Shown here: in pieces, positions 38,036-48,618 of the stretch
Layout of the letters: the number at the start of each line of letters is the position of its first letter
How positions within the stretch are numbered: position 1 is the stretch's first letter
Origin: Fistulifera solaris
Lineage: Eukaryota
NCBI GenBank assembly: GCA_030295235.1
Contig: AP026151.1
Coordinates: forward strand, 186,001-250,000
Length of the DNA stretch: 64,000 bases
Direction of reading: 5' to 3'
Position numbers and translations under genes: made by a program
The notes under the pieces: generated by a model
Seen by the model: only the letters and a program-made list of their open reading frames with translations
Told to the model about the DNA's origin: nothing
The model's database searches: none

Positions 38036-39226
38036 ACAATATATAGAACATTACATATCGCATTTCATTTGGTTTTCCTCTAGAATTCGTAGTACTGTGT
38101 ACGCATGGTATCTTTTGTTCGATGTTCTTTTCAACGCAGAAGCTTCGCCCACTGGTCGCGTCTACACAATTGAACCAGTAGTTTGCGTAGACGCTCGTAT
38201 CTGCCCAAAGAGTGTGCCGCGACATGAAAGGCGAGATGCGTGCGAGTTCGATGGGCATGGCTGGAAGGGCGTCGCAGCATGCGGAAGTCTTCTCACTTTG
38301 TCACGAAGCAACATGGTCCCCCCAAAACGGAAGACAGATGCCCCGAAAATCCGATCCACCAAAACCATTTTTTTAGCATTCACACGGAACACTTCAATTT
38401 CCTTTTTCGACGCGATAGTAATTTCCCATGAAGGTGCAACAATCTCTCTCCGATCAAGTCATTCCGTCCATTCTTGACACGAAGTCAATGAGAGCAATAA
38501 TCGCTCCTCTTGGTGTCAGGACTGCTTGTCGAAAAAGCTTCAACTTAGCCTCTACAAAGTAGGTAGCAGCGTGTATCGCTTGAATAGCACTTCAATCAGC
38601 TTCATTCGAAATCGAAGCATGGATGACGCGCACGTGAAGACGAAGGTCGATCATCGAGATCATCGAGATGTATTGACAGCGGCGGTAGGTGAACCGAATA
38701 ACCGCACCTTTTATCGTAGTCCGCTGGAACTAACTTTGATCCGCGCAACATTGAAGAATGCCGTGAGTAAGAAAGGAAGGAAATGTGGAGCCTGGTGGAC
38801 ACGACGATGCGCAGTCGTCCGAGTGACGACCAAAGGCGAACGACGAAAAGGTGCCGGAAAACCTGAAATATTTTGAAATCGTGTTGGTTCTGTGTCCACA
38901 ACAGCTGTGTCCCTCCAAATGACCCATGACCCGCGACTACAGATTATCGTACAGTACTATCCTGACACCGACAACGAGTGCGTAAACGCGCATCTTGCTG
39001 GGACTCCTTTCTTGTTTTCTGTTTAGGATAAATAGCAATCGAGCTTATATGCCAGCAATTATGCCCCATGACCAGTGAATGAAAGTGCCAATAAGAAATC
39101 CAAGACGTGCGTTTTTCGCCGCCAAGACTGTTTTCCTCGCAAGACGAAAAAGACAAGAGGAAAACACACAAAAGATTTCTCACTTTCATTCTTCTTTCTT
39201 CTCCTGTCGACTTTACTTTCACAACC

Positions 39227-42200
39227 ATGACAGACTCGATCGATACCGAGACACCGGTCTACTTGAAATCCGCCGCACATGGCTGGATTCCGGCAGTGCA
39301 ATTGAAACAAGTCGCCGGTGGGAAAATGGCCCGGGTCGCCGTCCCGAAATTCAAACACGAAAACGATGTGTTGACGTGCGGCAAGATGACCAAAGCCCAA
39401 TTGATGGATACGATCGATATTCCATTTGCCGACTACGACAACAACGTCTTGCCGGTGCAGAATGTGGACGCGAATGGCAACTTGGAAGATTATAAAGATA
39501 TGGTCGAATTGCCCTTTATGCATGAGGTACGACGCAAGAGAAAGAGAATTCAGTTGACTGATTTGCTTGCTGATGCTGATTCTTCTCACACACTCATCTC
39601 TTCTTTACAGGCCGCCATTCTGTACAATCTCAAATTGCGACACAAACTGCAAAAACCGTACACACGCACGGCCGATATTGTCATTGCGATCAATCCGTAT
39701 CACTGGTTGCATCATTTGTACACGAAGGAAAAACAAACCTACTATTCGAATCGCTTGGTGTGGGACCACAACGAAGAAGATCCCCGCACCACCCTCGAAC
39801 CGCACGTGTACGAAATCTCCGCCTTGGCTTATAAAGGACTCATTCGCGGCGAAGATCAATCCATTTTGGTGTCGGGAGAATCCGGAGCCGGAAAGACCGA
39901 AACCGTCAAAATTTGTTTGAATCACATTGCCAGTACCCAAGCCCAAGACGATTATTACGAAGACAAAATCGTCCAACGCATCGTCGAATCGAATCCTTTG
40001 CTGGAAGCCTTTGGGAATGCCCAAACGCGTCGCAATGACAATTCGTCGCGATTCGGCAAATACTTGCAATTGCAGTTTGACAAGTCCCACCATCGCATCG
40101 AAGCGTACGGCACACGACGCGGTCAAGTGCCCTTGGTGGGCAGTCAATGCGATGTCTATTTGTTGGAAAAGAATCGGGTCGTCCAACACGATGATCAAGA
40201 ACGCAGTTTTCATATCTTTTATCAATTGCTGGCCTCGCCCGACAAGACGCAGTACTGGTCGGAACTCCACAACAAAACACCGGAATCCTACTCGTACTTG
40301 GGTCGCTGTGCTACCACCCACATTGAAGGCGTGAGTGATGCCGATCACTTTCGTCACACGGTCGAAGCGCTCCAACTCGTCGGTGTGCAAGGACGGGAAT
40401 TGCACATGTTGATGCAAGCCATTTGTGCCGTTTTGCAATTGGGCAATCTGCGCTTCGGGGCGTTGCACGGAGATTCCGACAAGTCGACCGTCATTTCGGT
40501 CGAGGAGTTGCGCGTCTTGGGAGATTTGATTGGCATTGCGCCCCACGATCTGGCGACCTGCATGACGGAACGTACCTTCACCACCAGTGGTGAAACACAC
40601 AAGGTTCCGCTCAATCCCATCATGGCCAAGGATGGTTGTGATGCCTTGGCGAAAGAGATTTACCAAAAAGTCTTTTTGTGGGTCACGAAAAAGATCAACG
40701 ATGCCACCAGCGTCGATGGGACCGCCATGAAGCTCGGTACCATTGGATTGCTCGATATTTTTGGTTTCGAAACGTTCGAGATCAACCGCTTCGAACAACT
40801 CTGCATCAACTATGCTAACGAGAAATTGCAGCAAAAGTTCACGCAAGATGTCTTCACCAACGTTGAGAAAGAGTACATTGCGGAAGGAATCGATCTTGCC
40901 GAAATCAAGTACGAAGACAATGGAGACGTTCTCGAATTGATTGAACACCGCTCCGGTTTGATTGCTCTTTTGAACGAAGAATGCGTCCGTCCCAAGGGCA
41001 ATGACTTCGAATACGTCCAGAAAGCGCTCGCGATTAACAAGGATGCCAGCAAGCTCATGATCCATCGCACGGACCGCTTGTCGTTCGGTATCAAGCACTA
41101 CGCCGGAGACGTGATGTACAGCGCCGAATTCTTCGTGACTCGCAACTTGGATACTCTCCCCACGGACTTGCAAGAATGCATGGAAAAGTCGTCCAACGAG
41201 ATCCTTAGCATCTTCCAAGCCGACGAAGTCCAGAAGCCTCATCCTCACAATGCTCCCCGCCAGAAGAGTAACATTGTCGCGGCCACCGTGTGGACGAAAT
41301 ACCGCGGCCAGTTGGAAAACTTGATGAAGAACTTGCGCCAGACGGAATCGCGCTACATTCGATGCATCAAGCCCAATACCGAAAAGAAAGAACTGTTGAT
41401 GGAACACAATCTCGTGGTGGATCAACTTCGCTGCGCTGGTGTCGTGGCGGGTATCACCATCGCTCGCAGTGTTTTCCCCAACCGCTTGCCCAACAGTTTG
41501 GTGTTGACGCGCTACTCCAACATGTGCGACGCACGATCTTCCACTACCGGTCAAAAGAGTGCCGAGAAGTGCAAGCTCCTCTTGAACTGGCTTCTCAAGG
41601 ACATGGATGCCGTGAACGAGAACGGTGACAAGGTCAAGGCCTTTGTGGTGGGGAAAACCAAGACGTTCTTCCGTGCCGGTGCCCTCGAGTGGTTGGAGTC
41701 GCACCGCATCCGCAGTGTGGACTTGCAGGCCATCATCATTCAAAAGGTCGCCCGCAGTTGGCTCGTTCGCAACAAAGGCAAACGCTTGAATCACCGACGC
41801 CGCATGGAAGAAGAGGCCCGGCGACGCGAAGAGCAGGCCCGATTGGCCCACGAAGCGCGCTTGAGAGAAGAAGAACAGCAACGCAAGGCAGAGCACCAGA
41901 AGAAGATCCGAGAAATGGAAGCCACAATCCAGCGTTTGGAATCTCAAGCCGAAGCAGAAAGCCGCATGCAGCAAGAAAAGCTTAAGGCCGCTCGAGAACG
42001 CGCCGAGTTGTTGCGAGAGGAGAAGGAGATGCTGGCGGAACGCATCGAGGAAAGGAAGGCCAAGGATGTTCGTCAGCGAATCGCCACAAAAGAGTTGCAG
42101 AAGAAGCAGTTGGATGAGATCAAACGAGCCATCATGTTCTTGCAGCAACAGAATAAGCTATTGCAGAAGGAGCACATGAAACTCGAGTTGAAACTCGAGC

Positions 42201-42625
42201 AAGAGATGCTCCGCTTGAACAATGCGAGCAGCAACTGCAACATGCTCGAGGACAGTCTAAGTAACATGTATGCTTCTGCGGACAAGGTCAGTCGCAATCA
42301 TGACAGCTTATCCAGTGGCATCGATTTGGCCAAACAGGAGAACGAAAAGATGTCGGCTCGGGTGGATGATGCACAGAGTCGGTACATGGCCCAAGCCGAA
42401 ACGCGATTGCATTTGCAGAGAAACATGGCACGCATTCTCAATCTCGCTCAAGACAAATGCCGTGACCATTCATTGTTGGATTTCATTCAATCGACTGCCT
42501 ATGAGTGCGAGAACGATTCCAAGGTGATCATGGCCGGATTGGAAGCTGAATTGGATGATAGTGGTCGGCCCAGTTTGACGCCTCTCTCGGATCATTCGTC
42601 CTCGGGCACGGACCGTAGCCAATAA
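39227..42625 (+). CDS. Myosin heavy chain C (in-frame intron 39527-39610)
   Basis: Motor motifs intact; IQKVARSW; tail YMAQAETRLHLQRNMARILNLAQD, homologous to myosin B. Confidence 0.95.
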   Translation: MTDSIDTETPVYLKSAAHGWIPAVQLKQVAGGKMARVAVPKFKHENDVLTCGKMTKAQLMDTIDIPFADYDNNVLPVQNVDANGNLEDYKDMVELPFMHEVRRKRKRIQLTDLLADADSSHTLISSLQAAILYNLKLRHKLQKPYTRTADIVIAINPYHWLHHLYTKEKQTYYSNRLVWDHNEEDPRTTLEPHVYEISALAYKGLIRGEDQSILVSGESGAGKTETVKICLNHIASTQAQDDYYEDKIVQRIVESNPLLEAFGNAQTRRNDNSSRFGKYLQLQFDKSHHRIEAYGTRRGQVPLVGSQCDVYLLEKNRVVQHDDQERSFHIFYQLLASPDKTQYWSELHNKTPESYSYLGRCATTHIEGVSDADHFRHTVEALQLVGVQGRELHMLMQAICAVLQLGNLRFGALHGDSDKSTVISVEELRVLGDLIGIAPHDLATCMTERTFTTSGETHKVPLNPIMAKDGCDALAKEIYQKVFLWVTKKINDATSVDGTAMKLGTIGLLDIFGFETFEINRFEQLCINYANEKLQQKFTQDVFTNVEKEYIAEGIDLAEIKYEDNGDVLELIEHRSGLIALLNEECVRPKGNDFEYVQKALAINKDASKLMIHRTDRLSFGIKHYAGDVMYSAEFFVTRNLDTLPTDLQECMEKSSNEILSIFQADEVQKPHPHNAPRQKSNIVAATVWTKYRGQLENLMKNLRQTESRYIRCIKPNTEKKELLMEHNLVVDQLRCAGVVAGITIARSVFPNRLPNSLVLTRYSNMCDARSSTTGQKSAEKCKLLLNWLLKDMDAVNENGDKVKAFVVGKTKTFFRAGALEWLESHRIRSVDLQAIIIQKVARSWLVRNKGKRLNHRRRMEEEARRREEQARLAHEARLREEEQQRKAEHQKKIREMEATIQRLESQAEAESRMQQEKLKAARERAELLREEKEMLAERIEERKAKDVRQRIATKELQKKQLDEIKRAIMFLQQQNKLLQKEHMKLELKLEQEMLRLNNASSNCNMLEDSLSNMYASADKVSRNHDSLSSGIDLAKQENEKMSARVDDAQSRYMAQAETRLHLQRNMARILNLAQDKCRDHSLLDFIQSTAYECENDSKVIMAGLEAELDDSGRPSLTPLSDHSSSGTDRSQ

Positions 42626-42976
42626 AAGATTCATTGATTACTAAATGTGTGTTTCTATATGAGAAGTAAAACAAATGACGTAGACGATCGCTGCGAATTG
42701 TGCATCTTACCTTTCATATTGGCGTTGTCCTTGTTCTTAAGCTAGCTTGGTCGTGGTCACTTCCATCGTGAATTTCTTGCTACTGAACTTGGTTGTTCGG
42801 TCATGCCATCCAGTATTGTTGATAGCATTACGTTTGTTGTTTGCTGGTTAGAGATACAAGATTGTTCCAGAATAACTCTCGCCTTTGCTGGAATGGAATC
42901 TTTTCTATTCATTCGCAAAGGGAATAAATACTAGAAAACTCGTCTCTAATACACGCTGAAAATTAAGCAACTTCTA

Positions 42977-43375
42977 TTATTTCTGCGACGGTTGAGCAAC
43001 TTGAACAGTTGTGGTAATGCGTTGCGGATCATGCTTCAACAAATAATTGGCAAGATACTCGATAGGATTCGCCGGACGCTCTTTCACTAATTCCGACATT
43101 CCTATTATTTTTATTCGTTTCATTCAATGAGGAACGAGGTCAGTTGATGATGTAAAGAGAATGAATAAATGAAGGAAGGAAGCGATCATTTGTGAAGTTT
43201 AAAACGTACCGTCGAGCAAAAGCGGAACGACGGTTTGATCCAAATAAGCACGAATGGGCAAGCGCTGCATATCGTTGCCTTGTTGAGCCTGCTGCTGCTG
43301 CATCATCATTTGCTGGAAATGCTGCTGCTGCTGTTGTTGTTGCATCATCATTTGCGGAGGATTGGAGGCGTCCAT
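42977..43375 (-). CDS. DPY30: Dpy-30 motif protein (COMPASS subunit-like) with poly-Q/M N-terminus; intron 43102-43209; absent from the ORF track
   Basis: Spliced product MDASNPPQMMMQQQ...LPIRAYLDQTVVPLLLDG|MSELVKERPANPIEYLANYLLK. Confidence 0.88.
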
Positions 43376-43799
43376 GGTAGAAGAAGGATGCGGTTCAAGA
43401 AAAGAAAAGCGATCTTGTTTGTTATTTCAAACAAAAATTCCTTTGGGATATAGGAAAGAGAATAAACGAGAGAAAGCGATGAAAAGACGTGCAACAACAC
43501 GATGTGTTTTGCTGCAATAGCTGCAATCGAATAAGGCGGCGCGAAATGATACCAGATAGGTTAGGATTCGAGTTAATGACTCAAATGCAGTCTTGGAGAA
43601 AACGGAAAACACTACTTTGGGCTCGACGATTGTAGAATATCAGCGGTGCTCTGATACAAACAAACTCATTAACAAGTCATGAAAATTCCTTACCTACCTG
43701 GTATCTTTGTGGAGAAGTCAAGCACAAATAATAAGATCTTCGGTTGTTAAAACTAAAATTGCGATTGACTTGTTATACCTAGCTCGGAGCGGGAGAGGG

Positions 43800-43864
43800 C
43801 GTTAAAATTCTGCCTCTCAGTACAATTTTCTACGTAGAGCCTACGGCGAGGCAGAATTTTAACG
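43800..43864. repeat. Perfect 17-bp inverted repeat with 31-nt spacer in a divergent intergenic region
   Basis: CGTTAAAATTCTGCCTC (43800-43816) and GAGGCAGAATTTTAACG (43848-43864). Confidence 0.85.
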
Positions 43865-44083
43865 TCGTTTTCGGGAGCGCACCATTTTTTCTACGCTTTT
43901 TGTGGTACACTTTTCGACGGAGCATGTTGAAGTGGGAATGACGCGGACCTCCTTCGCTCACACACTTCATCGAGCCTGTTTGCCGATCAACACCATTTTT
44001 TTCTCACTTTTTTTTTCGCACACGACAATCTCACACAAAAAAGCAAACAATCATTCATTTTACCACAAAAAAAACGAGTTAAC

Positions 44084-45211
44084 ATGTCAACTTCTCCATG
44101 GATGACACTCCAAGAAGCACGCGATGCATCGTTCGGAAAGGTCGCTTGGTGGAATCTTCCTACACCGGACGGAGAACGCAACACAGTTTCCTCGGATCAA
44201 CAACAACAACCCGTCTGGAAAGGTGTCACCGGCACCATGTACTTGGGTGGATGGAAATCGGGGAAATGGGACGGTCCCGGAGTCTTTTATTTTCCGGATG
44301 GATGTGTCTTATCGGGACGTTGGGAAGACGGTCGGTTGTTGGGAAAAGCGCTGCATGTGTTGTTGCCCGAATCACCGTGCTGGAGGGAGAATCACTGGCC
44401 TCGTTCGTGTTTACTGGATGCTGTGACACAACGACCCCTTCCGTTTGTGTATGTTGGGTGTTATGCCCACTTTCGGATGAACGACGAAGACGCCATTGTC
44501 ATTCTCAAGGACGGAACGGCCCGTCGTGGGCCTTGGCAAGACAATCGACCGGTCGGAAACTGGTGGAAGGATCATGCAGTGATGGAAAGTATAAGTTGGG
44601 AGCAAATGTCGCAATTGTTAGCCTTCAAAGAAGAAGAACCCATCATATCCAGTCTCTCGCCGGTTGCGTGCCCTCCCGCGGTGTCAACCTGTGTGTCCGA
44701 TGAAAGTATTCTATCATCTTCGTCCACTATTCTCAAACCCGACGATTCGTCGTCATCATGGCCGGAAGAATGGGACGGTCAACGCGATGCCGAACGTGCG
44801 ATTGGTGAGTGGCTGACGCAATGGCTTGCTCCCGACGCGAATCCGCACGAAATGCAGTATTATGCCTCCCGATTCTATCACGATGGATTCCATTCCGTCA
44901 CGTGGATTCAACAACATTGCAGTACGGCCGATGTACGTTCGTGGATGAAAAAAGCACACGTCCGCCGTATCGTGCCGCACTTAATAGCGGAACAACGCGT
45001 TCATACGATTGCGGTGTGGTTGCACAAGATTGTGTTGGGATCGCACGTCCACGAATGGGAAGTGTACGAGTATGCGATGCAGTTGGTCGATGAAGGATTG
45101 CTCAGCATTGCGGATATTCGTGAATTTTGTACTCCGGAGGATGTACAAACCTTTGATTGGATGAAACCCTTTCACAAGCGTCGATTGATGGCGCATTTGG
45201 AACATTGTTAA
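44084..45211 (+). CDS. MORN-repeat protein with two C-terminal SAM-like helical repeats
   Basis: YLGGWKSGKWDGPGVFYFPDGCVLSGRWEDG. Duplicated W-L...YA..(F/L)..G..S.....C...DV...WMK..H.RR(I/L) units. Confidence 0.7.
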   Translation: MSTSPWMTLQEARDASFGKVAWWNLPTPDGERNTVSSDQQQQPVWKGVTGTMYLGGWKSGKWDGPGVFYFPDGCVLSGRWEDGRLLGKALHVLLPESPCWRENHWPRSCLLDAVTQRPLPFVYVGCYAHFRMNDEDAIVILKDGTARRGPWQDNRPVGNWWKDHAVMESISWEQMSQLLAFKEEEPIISSLSPVACPPAVSTCVSDESILSSSSTILKPDDSSSSWPEEWDGQRDAERAIGEWLTQWLAPDANPHEMQYYASRFYHDGFHSVTWIQQHCSTADVRSWMKKAHVRRIVPHLIAEQRVHTIAVWLHKIVLGSHVHEWEVYEYAMQLVDEGLLSIADIREFCTPEDVQTFDWMKPFHKRRLMAHLEHC

Positions 45212-45356
45212 AATGAGATTCAAACAGACCGGGTAACATGGATTGTAGCAGGACGCGACACGAGTGATGTTTCTTTGGTTTCCTTTTAATATTGTAGTAA
45301 TAACACAATCCATTCTTCTATAATTGTTGTATGATTGAATAAATACGTTTGTTTCG

Positions 45357-45968
45357 TTACGCCTGATTGACTTGTCGTACATCACTCGTATCTTTCGCTT
45401 GCCATCCCCTCTGACCTCCTTCGACAAACGGCACAACGCGGCACACCAAATCTCGTCGTTGCAATTGTCGTCCGAGTGTCAAGCATTCTTCCCGTGGCCA
45501 TGTTCCTGTGGTGGTGTTAGTCAGTGAAATAAAGAATAGGATATTCCTTTCATTCAATTCGAACGTACCCAAACACGACATGCCCTGTTCCCGCGCAAAT
45601 TTCGACAATTCGTTCGCTTCTTCTCCCGGCATATCCAACACATACGTCAGACTTCCCGATACATACGAAACGGTAATTTTGGGTTTCTCAAACGTCGATC
45701 CCATGAGCAGAATATGAAATGGATCTTCCATTTCGCGGCTTTCGTTCGCATCGATCAAATATTCCAAATCACCGTAATCGCCATCATCATTCGTGTCATC
45801 AAATCCCATCATTTCTCCTTGTTTCGATTTCGTTTCCGTCGGTGGTTCCATGGTCGTCGCGCCGTGCAAAAACGAAAAAGATCGAGACACGACCGGCGGA
45901 GCAAAGGCCGTTGTCAACGACACAAAAGACAACCCATAGAGGCAAAGTCTCCCTAATTGAATCATGAT
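45357..45968 (-). CDS. Plastid-targeted ClpS-like adaptor protein (intron ~45508-45567)
   Basis: Signal peptide with TTAFAP cleavage motif; FHILLM..TVSYVSGSLTYVLDM..EEA...A..QG.S.LG resembles the ClpS core. Confidence 0.55.
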   Translation of the reverse strand: MMIQLGRLCLYGLSFVSLTTAFAPPVVSRSFSFLHGATTMEPPTETKSKQGEMMGFDDTNDDGDYGDLEYLIDANESREMEDPFHILLMGSTFEKPKITVSYVSGSLTYVLDMPGEEANELSKFAREQGMSCLGTFELNERNILFFISLTNTTTGTWPREECLTLGRQLQRRDLVCRVVPFVEGGQRGWQAKDTSDVRQVNQA

Positions 45969-46863
45969 GATTGAAAGAATAGTTACGAACAGAGATTGTG
46001 AAAGCGACAAGGGGTCGTATTAGCAAACAATCGGAGATCGTTGCCTTTGTAGAAAAGATAGAATGACAACACAAAGTTGCGTTGGTCTTTTCTCGATGAG
46101 GAAGAAAAAGGTTCGGAGAGTGCGGTGTTCGCAGAACTCGAACGCCAGCGAAGTATGATGAAAGCAGTACCGAACGGCAGCTGGCCCGCTGACGTCCCGA
46201 GAAAAGATCGGTGGAGCGTGGCAAGGAACGATGTTTACTAGACTATAATCCAAAGTGTTGTCCGTTTTCGCCACGACTGGATTCCAGTCATGAATCAAAT
46301 GTTCGTTTTGCCGCCAATGAGCTGTCAATTGGAATCACTAAAAATTCCTGAAGAGCCTCCTTAGCCCATGTAAGCCCATTCACCAAAATAAATTATAAAA
46401 AAATCAGTGCAGCCAGTCTTTGGAGATTCTAAGACAAAATTGCGATTCTCGTCAATCTCCGTAGTAAATCAGACCTATTCCTTTTCGCTAGGATATTTCA
46501 CGTCTTGAATGTATTTGTGCATTTCAGTGGTACCGGTTAAAGTTGTATCGAAGCGGAACAAAAAAAATAATATTTTGTTGAACAAATGATGCTTATAAAG
46601 ATTGCAAGAAAAATAATTCGTGACAAGAAACCAGTCGTGGTTTCATCCGTATACCAACACTTTGTGCCATAGTCAATAGAAACCTTCCCTACCCCTACCC
46701 CTACCGTAATATGATGCTTTCAAAAAAACGCCGCACCGTTTTTTTTACCGCGTCCTATTCTTCTGGCCGTTCGTTGCCATCTCTAGAATCTAGACACATT
46801 TGATATTTTGTCATCGTTCAAAGCTTACAAAGTAAATGTAAAGAGAGAAAAGAATACAGAAGA

Positions 46864-47608
46864 ATGAAGGAAGAGCAGCGGCAACACGAAGCTCGTCATC
46901 GGAGACGAAAAGAAGAATTTATGTTAGGGAAACAGTTTGTGGACACGGTCATGTTGGCCGCAAAGAGCTTGGATTCTCAACGCAGCAATAAATCAGCCAA
47001 AGGTTTGACGAAATTCGAAGAACCCGTCTTTCGGAAACATACGTATTACAATTGGACGTACGGAATGATCGCGGGTGTCAGTATAGCCGCCGCACTGGTG
47101 GGAGTGACACGATGGCGGGGTCGCTCCAAGATACGACTCCCCCTCGGCGACCGTATCGGAAGATGCTATTTTACGTGCGACCGCAACCACCACGGCACCC
47201 ATGAAACAACGATCGCTCACGGACGAAATTGTGACCGAAGTCCAAATGATCACTTTTGGTGCGATTGCGGCCGTCACGACGGTCGTCACCGCGTCGCTCT
47301 CGTCCGATTACCGTCGTTTGTTTCATGAATTGGCCGTCGTGCCGTTGCAACCGGGAACATCGTACTTGTGTGCGCACATGTGTCCGCAGTTACTTCAACA
47401 AGCCAAATTCTTGACTCCGGAACAGAAACAGGTGTGGGACGATCCGGAAACCGAAGAATTGGAGAGCATACGCAAAATGGTGTATAATTGTGAACAGCGC
47501 ATGCTATTTGAACAAGATCAACGCTCTCGCTTGAACTTGGATCGAGAGGACCAGGATATAGTTATCGACGTTCCGGAGCCGGGTGTTCCCATTCGCTATC
47601 AGTATTGA
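46864..47608 (+). CDS. Uncharacterised 2-TM protein, CP/NC family paralogue 1; frameshift near 47120
   Basis: YGMIAGVSIAAALVG; VVPLQPGTSYLCAHMCPQL; MVYNCEQR; DVPEPGVP. Confidence 0.65.
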
Positions 47609-48618
47609 ATGAATATATGAGGAAGTAAAGAAGATACGCCTACTACATTCTAAGCTCCCGAGAGCCGAGAGCGTTTTCATTGCAGATTCCTCCACAAAAT
47701 ACAAAAATCGTTGGCCGTGAGTTCAAGTAAGATGATTCGTAAACATTACTCCGTAAACGAATTGCAACAAAGGAAGCTAGAGATCGATAGGGGGCAGATG
47801 GATGCAAAGGCGAAGGTCTCTAGAATTTAAGTCGGTATAAGTCTACGCATTCCAAATTCTTTTCTACGCTTGGAATTGGAAAGCATTGAAGTTGATGGCG
47901 TAGGCAGTAAGGAGAAAGATCGCTCAACGCTAACCTGCAAAGATTGCTTTTCGCTAACGTCTCTACCTGGTAAGGCAAAGAGCTAATTTACTTGGAGCGA
48001 AGGGAAGATGTGACGACGTCATCAGTCATCATGGGTGTTTCGACGTTCGACGACCATTGTCGATTGTCGACGACGACTTGAGCATTGAGCAAGCCTTGAA
48101 TTCAAAAAAGCATAGTCTAATCTAACATCTCTAAAAATCTCTCTAGAGACTAGTTAATCTCTCTCACAAATCTCCAAATTCCCAATATTTCTAACCCACA
48201 CCCACCCTCGTCACTCGTCACCCATCTTCAAATATTTGTTATTGAACGCTAGTATCTTTACATTATAACGCACTATAGAGGAATAAAACGTGAAGAGGGA
48301 TGATGCTGATAAGTTCAATAAGAACGAATCATAGATAGGTTCGACCATGGACCATGGACCATGGGCGTGTGGACTGTGGACGTGGCACGTTCTCATAAGA
48401 TGTATAAGATAGTTATGAGACATAAGACTGTACGTCTGACAGATGGCAGATGACAAAGTGCTTTGAAAATAAATTGTATGCAGCAAATAAAGAAACTGCA
48501 TGAAGGCCACACAGCTCACGGATTCATCCAGGAAAGGCGAATCTTTTTTCAAAGCAGAGCCAAGCAGAGAGCAGCTCTCCATAAACTCACAATTCATTCA
48601 GGGTCGAAAATATTTGCC

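Noticed and set aside
39605..42148. 847-aa antisense ORF over myosin C, and similar ones over myosins A and B (e.g. 30016-31398)
   Set aside because: In-register shadow of a codon-biased sense gene; no independent motifs.
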